Assembly: GCA_963783305.1 (NCBI GenBank)
Contig: CAWAMW010000012.1
Span: 1 to 64,000, forward strand
Length of the DNA stretch: 64,000 bases
Direction: 5' to 3'
From: an uncultured Gemmatimonadales bacterium
GTDB lineage: Bacteria > Gemmatimonadota > Gemmatimonadetes > Longimicrobiales > RSA9
In this document: positions 58,274-64,000 of the stretch, piece after piece
Layout of the letters: every line of letters begins with the position of its first letter
Numbering within the stretch: the first letter of the stretch is position 1
Made by a program: the position numbers and the translations under genes
Notes under the pieces: model-generated
What the model saw: the letters and a program-made list of their open reading frames with translations, nothing else
What the model was told of the DNA's origin: nothing
Database searches by the model: none

Positions 58274-61200
58274 ATGATGCACTTCAGATATATGGCCAGG
58301 TCGCTGGCACGAATGGCCGTTGCGGCGGCCGCGCTGCTGCTGGCGCCCATGGCGCTGCAGGCGCAGAACGCCACTACCAACGGTCAGATCCGGGGCACGG
58401 TGGCCGGCCCGGCGGGGCAGCCGGTGCAGGGCGTGGCGTTGACCGCGGTCAACGAGGGCACCGGCCTCACCCGCAGCACGCTGACGGGCGAGAACGGTCG
58501 ATACATGCTCCACCTGCTGCCGCCGGGGAGCTACACGGTCCGGGCGGAGATGATCGGATACCGCACGGACGAGGTGCCGGGCGTACAGGTGGCGATCGGC
58601 CAGACCTCCACGGTGAACGTGAACCTGGAGGAGGAGGCCGTGGGTCTCGAGGGGATCCGGGTCCTGGTGGACCGTGAGCGGATCGATGTCTCGGATGCCT
58701 CCGTGGTGGACCTGGTCTCGCGGCAGCAGATCGAGGAGCTGCCGGCGCTGGGTCGCGACTTCACCGACTTCATCAACCTGAGCGGACTCGTGGCGCCGGA
58801 CCCGGGCGAGACGACCGGGGGACAGTTCTCGATCGGGGGTCAGCGCGCGTCGCAGACGAACCTGCAGATCGACGGCGTGGACGCGAACAACGCCTTCTTC
58901 GGTGAGAACCGGGGCGGATCGCGGATCCCGTTCGTCTTTTCGCTGGAGTCCATCGAGGAGTTCCAGGTCATCACGAACGGGTACGACGTGGAGTACGGCA
59001 ATTACTCCGGCGGGATCGTGAACGTGGTGACTCGGGGCGGTACGAACGAGCTGCACGGGAACGTGTACGGCAACTACCGCAGCGATGCGCTCACCGGCCG
59101 GGGGTTCCTGGCGGGCGAGCAGGTGGAGGAGTACAGCGTCGGCCAGTTCGCCGGCCGGCTCTCCGGCCCGATCATGGAGGACAAGGCGTTCTTCTCGATC
59201 TCGTTCGACGGTCAGCGCCGGCGCGAGCCGCAGCTGCCGCTCACGGTGGCGCAGTACACGACGGGCGAGGACGCGGAGCCGGGCATCGCGGCGGAGGTGG
59301 AGGACTTCTTCCAGATCCTGGAGAACCAGTACGGGATCCAGAACCCGGCCTCGGGCTTCGAGCCGTTCCAGACGACGAACGACGTGCTGTCGATCTTCGG
59401 CCGCATCGACTGGAACATCACGCCGGACCACCGGCTCTCGGTCCGGCACAACTACGCGAACTACAAGAACGACCGCGAGTTCTCGCCCGGCTACGACTAC
59501 TACTACGGCTCGTCGCGATCGGAGAACCTCTCGGACCTGTCGAACTCGTTCGTTACGGAGCTCCAGTCGATCCTGGGCACGAACACGTTCAACGTGTTTC
59601 GCTTCCAGTACGCCACGGAGGAGCGTCCGCGCCAGGGGAGTGAGCTCCGGCCGGCGCTGATCACGCGGCTGTCGAACGGCGACCTCATCGGGTACGGCGG
59701 GACGTTTGTGGCGTTCCACAACAACCTCAACGAGCGGAAGCTGCAGTTCATCGACAACTTTACGCACATTGTCGGGGACCACAGCCTGAAAGTGGGCTTC
59801 AACGGCCTGCTGACCACGGCGGAAAACTGGTTCCTGCCGCCGTTCACCGCTCCGTGCGGGCGTGGCAGCCAGGGCGCGGGCGTATTCTGCTTCGACGACC
59901 TGGAGGCGCTGGCCGCGGGCACACCGTCCTCGTACGTCTTCAACGTCAATCAGGGCGAGGACCTGGTGCCGTACAGCGAGGTGCAGGTCAGCGAGATCGG
60001 CGTGTACGTGCAGGACGAGTGGCAGGTGTCGCCGAAGCTCACGGCCACGCTCGGTCTGCGGCACGACCGCCAGGACTTCCGCGATGACCCGGAGCGGGTC
60101 ATCGACGTGGAGCGCGCCTTCGGCTACCCGACGGGTACGGCGCCGCAGGACAACAACAACATCTCGCCCCGGCTCAACCTCGCCTACGACGTGTATGGCG
60201 ACGGTCGGTCGGTGGTGCGCGCGGGCGCCGGCTACTTCTTCGGCCGCGTGCCGTACGTGCTGGCGGGCAACGTGGAGGGGAGTCAGCGGCCGGTCTACAC
60301 GCTGAACTGCTCGGGCTCCGTGAGCGAGGGCGACCCGGACGCGCCGCCCACGCCGCTGAACTACGGCGACTGGTCGAATCAGGGCTACGACAATCCGACC
60401 GCGTGCCGGAGCGGGTCGTCGCTGAGTGGTGTTCCCACGTACGCGGTGTGGAACCCGGACTTCGAGTATCCCGAGACGTTCAAGGCGAACGCGGGGTTCG
60501 AGACGATGCTGGGCGACCGGACGCGCCTGTCGACCGACCTGATCTTCTCGCAGAGCACCAAGCTGTACACGGTGCGGAACCTCAACCTGCGGGGTGTGCA
60601 GTTCCAGCTGGAGAGCGAGGGCGGCCGGCGCGTGTTCTCGCCGCGGGCGACGTTCAGCCCTTCGGGGGGCAATACGGAATCGGCGCGACTGTACACGGAT
60701 CTGGGCGATGTGTACGTCAACTACAACGACGGGCGCGCCCGGTCGATGGTGGGCACGCTCGAGCTGAGCCACAAGCTGGCGGAGAACACGACGTTGCGCG
60801 GGTCGTACACGCTCACCCGCTCGCAGGACAACTCGTCCTACTCGTGCTGCACGGCCAACGCGGGCTACACCAGCCCGAACGTGGGGCTTTACGGCCCCAA
60901 CGAGATCGGCGGGATCGGCGATGATGACAAGTCGTGGGGGACCAGCGACTTCGAGCGCCGTCATACGTTCATTCTCTCCGGCCAGACGGAGCTGCCGTAC
61001 GGCTTCAAGGTGAGCGGGATCTGGCGGGTCCAGAGCGGCCGTCCGTTCACGCCGGAAGTGGGCGGTGACCTGAACGGTGACGGCGTGTCGTACAACGACC
61101 GCCCGTTCATCTTCTCGCCGGATGCGCTGCCGCTGCCGGCGGGGTCGGAGGACCAGCGGGAGCTGTATCGGAATCTGCTGGCAGACAACGATTGCATCGG

Positions 61201-61582
61201 CGACTACGAGGGCCAGATCGTGCCTCGCAACACCTGTCGGACGCCGTGGTCGAACATGCTGGACATGCGGCTGACGAAGGAGTTCCCGACGCTCGAGGGT
61301 CAGCGGGCTGAGCTGCAGGTGGATCTGTTCAACGTGCTGAACGGTGTGAGCCAGATCTTCTGCAGCGACGACGAGTTCGCGGAAGACCCGACCGGCGGCG
61401 TGTGCGGCCTGGGTCGTTTCACGAGCGTGAGCGGCTCATCGAGGAACATCTTCAGGCCGGCCGGATTCGCTGATGACGCGGTCACCTACACGGTGTCCGA
61501 CAGCTTCGGCCGTGAGGGTGTCGTCGGCTCCAACCTCCTGCTCCAGTTCCAGGCGCAGATCGGGTTCAAGTACTACTTCTAA
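58274..61582 (+). CDS. TonB-dependent receptor with N-terminal carboxypeptidase-regulatory-like domain (Oar-like)
   Basis: Signal peptide, GQIRGTV..LPPGSYTVRAE, IEELPALGRDF, SIEEFQVITN..EYG..SGGIVNVVTRGGTN, YVQDEWQV, C-terminal QIGFKYYF. Confidence 0.92.
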   Translation: MMHFRYMARSLARMAVAAAALLLAPMALQAQNATTNGQIRGTVAGPAGQPVQGVALTAVNEGTGLTRSTLTGENGRYMLHLLPPGSYTVRAEMIGYRTDEVPGVQVAIGQTSTVNVNLEEEAVGLEGIRVLVDRERIDVSDASVVDLVSRQQIEELPALGRDFTDFINLSGLVAPDPGETTGGQFSIGGQRASQTNLQIDGVDANNAFFGENRGGSRIPFVFSLESIEEFQVITNGYDVEYGNYSGGIVNVVTRGGTNELHGNVYGNYRSDALTGRGFLAGEQVEEYSVGQFAGRLSGPIMEDKAFFSISFDGQRRREPQLPLTVAQYTTGEDAEPGIAAEVEDFFQILENQYGIQNPASGFEPFQTTNDVLSIFGRIDWNITPDHRLSVRHNYANYKNDREFSPGYDYYYGSSRSENLSDLSNSFVTELQSILGTNTFNVFRFQYATEERPRQGSELRPALITRLSNGDLIGYGGTFVAFHNNLNERKLQFIDNFTHIVGDHSLKVGFNGLLTTAENWFLPPFTAPCGRGSQGAGVFCFDDLEALAAGTPSSYVFNVNQGEDLVPYSEVQVSEIGVYVQDEWQVSPKLTATLGLRHDRQDFRDDPERVIDVERAFGYPTGTAPQDNNNISPRLNLAYDVYGDGRSVVRAGAGYFFGRVPYVLAGNVEGSQRPVYTLNCSGSVSEGDPDAPPTPLNYGDWSNQGYDNPTACRSGSSLSGVPTYAVWNPDFEYPETFKANAGFETMLGDRTRLSTDLIFSQSTKLYTVRNLNLRGVQFQLESEGGRRVFSPRATFSPSGGNTESARLYTDLGDVYVNYNDGRARSMVGTLELSHKLAENTTLRGSYTLTRSQDNSSYSCCTANAGYTSPNVGLYGPNEIGGIGDDDKSWGTSDFERRHTFILSGQTELPYGFKVSGIWRVQSGRPFTPEVGGDLNGDGVSYNDRPFIFSPDALPLPAGSEDQRELYRNLLADNDCIGDYEGQIVPRNTCRTPWSNMLDMRLTKEFPTLEGQRAELQVDLFNVLNGVSQIFCSDDEFAEDPTGGVCGLGRFTSVSGSSRNIFRPAGFADDAVTYTVSDSFGREGVVGSNLLLQFQAQIGFKYYF

Positions 61583-61604
61583 TCGCAGCAGGGTCTCAGG
61601 GCTG

Positions 61605-61641
61605 AAAAGGCCCCCACCGCCAATGGCGGTGGGGGCCTTTT
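61605..61641 (+). terminator. Intrinsic terminator (bidirectional)
   Basis: AAAAGGCCCCCACCGCCA-a-TGGCGGTGGGGGCCTTTT. Confidence 0.85.
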
Positions 61642-61750
61642 CACGTCCGCGCCGGAGGGCGTCCCTATCCCCCACGCGAGGCCCTCTCTTCATCACCGCA
61701 GGGCGGAGGTTTCCGGCTCGCCCACCGACACCCTCGCTGCGGTGGATGAA

Positions 61751-61782
61751 GAAGCCCCCGTCGCTCCGGCGACGGGGGCTTC
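61751..61782 (-). terminator. Hairpin, probable terminator for ppdK-add
   Basis: GAAGCCCCCGTCGC-tccg-GCGACGGGGGCTTC. Confidence 0.65.
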
Positions 61783-61825
61783 CTAGGTGGCGGGTTCGAA
61801 CCGCCGCTGGGGCGCCGCGCGGGCG

Positions 61826-62905
61826 CTACGCCAGGCGAGTGGCTCCCGCGTCGGCATCCTCCGCCCGGTACCTGGCGGACAGGGCGCGGATGCGCTCGGA
61901 CATCTCCGCCACCAGCGCCTGCTTCTCCTTGTGCGGGAGGAACGCGCTCTCGAATCCGTAGAGGGAGATGCGGGTGAGCTCCTCCCAGGTGAAGTCCAGG
62001 TGCTGATGAGCGCGCCAGTACTCCTCCGTCACGGTGGTGGCGCTCATGAGGCGGTTGTCGGTGTTGAGGGTCACCACGAGGCCCTCGTCGTAGTAGAGTC
62101 GGACCGGGTGCTCATCCAGGCTCTCCACGGCCCGGGTCTGGACGTTCGATGTCATGCAGATCTCGATGGGGATCCGGAAATTGTTCACGTAGTCCATGAG
62201 GTCCGGGTCCTCGAAGAGCCGGGTCCCGTGGCCGATCCGGTTGGCGTTGCAGTAGTGCAGCGCCTGGTGGATCGATTCCGGGCCGTACGCCTCACCCGCG
62301 TGAATCGTGGCCGCGATGTTGGCGTTCCCCACGCGGTAGAACGCCTCCCTGTGCATCTTGGCGGGGTTATTGTACTCCGCGCCCGCCAGGTCGAAGGCGA
62401 GGACCCCATCGTTCTTGAACTGGACGGTGAGGTCGGCCAGGTCCATGGAGGTGTGTGGGCTCATGTTCCTGATGCCGCAGATGATGATCCCGGTCCGGAT
62501 GTCGTACTGCTCCTCGGCGCGGCGCAGGCCGCGGAGCGGAGCGGCGACGGCCTCTTCGAGCGTGAGGCCACCCTGGACGTTGAGGACGGGGGAGAACCGG
62601 ACCTCCATGTAGCGCACGTTCTCCGCGGCCGCGTCTTCGGCCATCTCGAACGCGATCCTCTCCAGCGACTCGGCGTCCTGCATGACGCTGAGGGTGATGT
62701 CGAAGCGCGAGAGGTAGTCTACGAGGTCTCGTGCTTCCTGGACATGCATGTAGTCCGCGAGCGCCTCGGGATCCCGGGTGGGGAGGGTCGTGCCACGCTC
62801 GTCGGCGAGCTCGATCAGTGTTACCGGCCGGACCGACCCGTCGAGGTGGACGTGGAGGTCTGTCTTCGGCAACCCGTGCAGACGTTCCCGTGTTACGCGT
62901 ACCAT
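61826..62905 (-). CDS. add: Adenosine deaminase
   Basis: LPKTDLHVHLDG, DLAGAE, HAGE, RIGHG, LNTDN. Confidence 0.93.
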   Translation of the reverse strand: MVRVTRERLHGLPKTDLHVHLDGSVRPVTLIELADERGTTLPTRDPEALADYMHVQEARDLVDYLSRFDITLSVMQDAESLERIAFEMAEDAAAENVRYMEVRFSPVLNVQGGLTLEEAVAAPLRGLRRAEEQYDIRTGIIICGIRNMSPHTSMDLADLTVQFKNDGVLAFDLAGAEYNNPAKMHREAFYRVGNANIAATIHAGEAYGPESIHQALHYCNANRIGHGTRLFEDPDLMDYVNNFRIPIEICMTSNVQTRAVESLDEHPVRLYYDEGLVVTLNTDNRLMSATTVTEEYWRAHQHLDFTWEELTRISLYGFESAFLPHKEKQALVAEMSERIRALSARYRAEDADAGATRLA

Positions 62906-62921
62906 ACCGTCTCCGCTTCTT

Positions 62922-64000
62922 CTATCCGACCGTCTCGAGGCGCTGGGCCTCCCGCGATTTCGTGTCCCCATCGTACAGGGCGGCCTGCGCTGCCGCCAGC
63001 CGCGCCACGGGGACGCGGAAGGGCGAGCAGGAGACGTAATCGAGTCCCGTGTCGTGGAAGAAGCGGATCGAGTTGGGCTCGCCGCCGTGCTCACCGCAGA
63101 TTCCCACCTTGAGGTCGGGTCTCGTGGCGCGCCCCTTTCGGGTGCCGAGGGAGACCAGCTGCCCCACGCCCTCCTGGTCGAGCACCTGGAACGGATCGCT
63201 GGGCAGGATCTCCTGATCGATATAGAGCGGCATGAAGGAGCCGGCGTCGTCGCGTGAGATGCCGAACGTGGTCTGCGTGAGGTCGTTGGTGCCGAAGGAG
63301 AAAAACTCGGCGGTCTCCGCGATCCGATCGGCCGTCAGGGCGGCCCGGGGCAGCTCGATCATGGTACCCACGAGGTACTCGACCTGGCGATCTGCCTCCT
63401 GGAAGACCTCCTTCGCCACCTCCCGGATGATCTTGTCCTGGGCGCGCAGCTCCTCGACGGTGCTGACCAGCGGGACCATGATCTCCGGCAGCACGTCCAC
63501 GCCGTCCGCCGCGACCCGTACCGCGGCCTCGAAGATGGCCCGGGCCTGCATGCGCGTAACCTCGGGAACCGAGATGCCCAGGCGAACGCCCCGGTTGCCG
63601 AGCATGGGGTTCGTCTCGCGGTGGCGCGCCACCTCCGTCCGGATCTCATCGACGTCGCGCCCCGACGCGTCCGCCAGCTCCTGAATCTCCTCCTCCTCGT
63701 GCGGGAGGAACTCGTGCAGCGGCGGGTCGAGGAGCCGGATGGTTACCGGGAAGCCGTCCATGGCGCGAAAGATCCCCTCGAAGTCCTCCCGCTGCATGGG
63801 AAGGATCTTCCGGAGCGCGTGCTCCCGGTCCTCGGGCTTCCGGGCCAGAATCATCTCGCGGACCGCCCGGATCCTCTCGTCTCCGAAGAACATGTGCTCG
63901 GTACGGCAGAGGCCGATCCCCTCGGCGCCGAACTCCCGGGCCTTCGCCGCGTCGCCCGGCGTGTCGGCGTTGGTGCGGACGCCCATGGTCCGGAAGCTGT
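62922..64000 (-). CDS. ppdK: Pyruvate, phosphate dikinase (3' part; truncated by the window edge)
   Basis: [52 protein letters not shown]. Confidence 0.96.
   Translation of the reverse strand, partial: SFRTMGVRTNADTPGDAAKAREFGAEGIGLCRTEHMFFGDERIRAVREMILARKPEDREHALRKILPMQREDFEGIFRAMDGFPVTIRLLDPPLHEFLPHEEEEIQELADASGRDVDEIRTEVARHRETNPMLGNRGVRLGISVPEVTRMQARAIFEAAVRVAADGVDVLPEIMVPLVSTVEELRAQDKIIREVAKEVFQEADRQVEYLVGTMIELPRAALTADRIAETAEFFSFGTNDLTQTTFGISRDDAGSFMPLYIDQEILPSDPFQVLDQEGVGQLVSLGTRKGRATRPDLKVGICGEHGGEPNSIRFFHDTGLDYVSCSPFRVPVARLAAAQAALYDGDTKSREAQRLETVG

Overview
High-GC bacterial chromosome segment. Gene content and style suggest Gemmatimonadota/Longimicrobiales, which is an inference. The window has four parts. 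(1) 1-~6000 is a visibly lower-GC accessory island with many frameshifts. It reads as the 3' end of an integron-type cassette array: two homologous 150-bp attC-like sites, two shorter candidates, and no integrase in the window. Its cargo is a Zn-ribbon gene fragment, an NT5C-type nucleotidase, a membrane protein, a three-gene ABC-three-component/Lamassu-like defence system and a hypothetical gene. (2) ~6100-18000 holds a minus-strand run aceB-aceA-small 8-Cys protein-Ku-Ku with a sigma54-like promoter, then an L,D-transpeptidase, msrPQ, small membrane proteins, a TPR protein and a YegS-like kinase. (3) ~18000-53800 holds the dcw cluster (mraZ to ftsZ), an M23 peptidase, ftsY, recG, an M28 peptidase, asnS, MATE, mazG, alr, a lipoprotein/beta-barrel pair, miaB, comEC and fbp, with REP/BIME-like intergenic repeats. 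(4) 53800-64000 holds a candidate extracellular DNA/nucleotide utilisation locus (ComEC-type MBL nuclease lipoprotein, two OB-fold repeat lipoproteins, TonB-dependent receptor), followed by adenosine deaminase and a partial ppdK. No rRNA, tRNA or CRISPR array was recognised.
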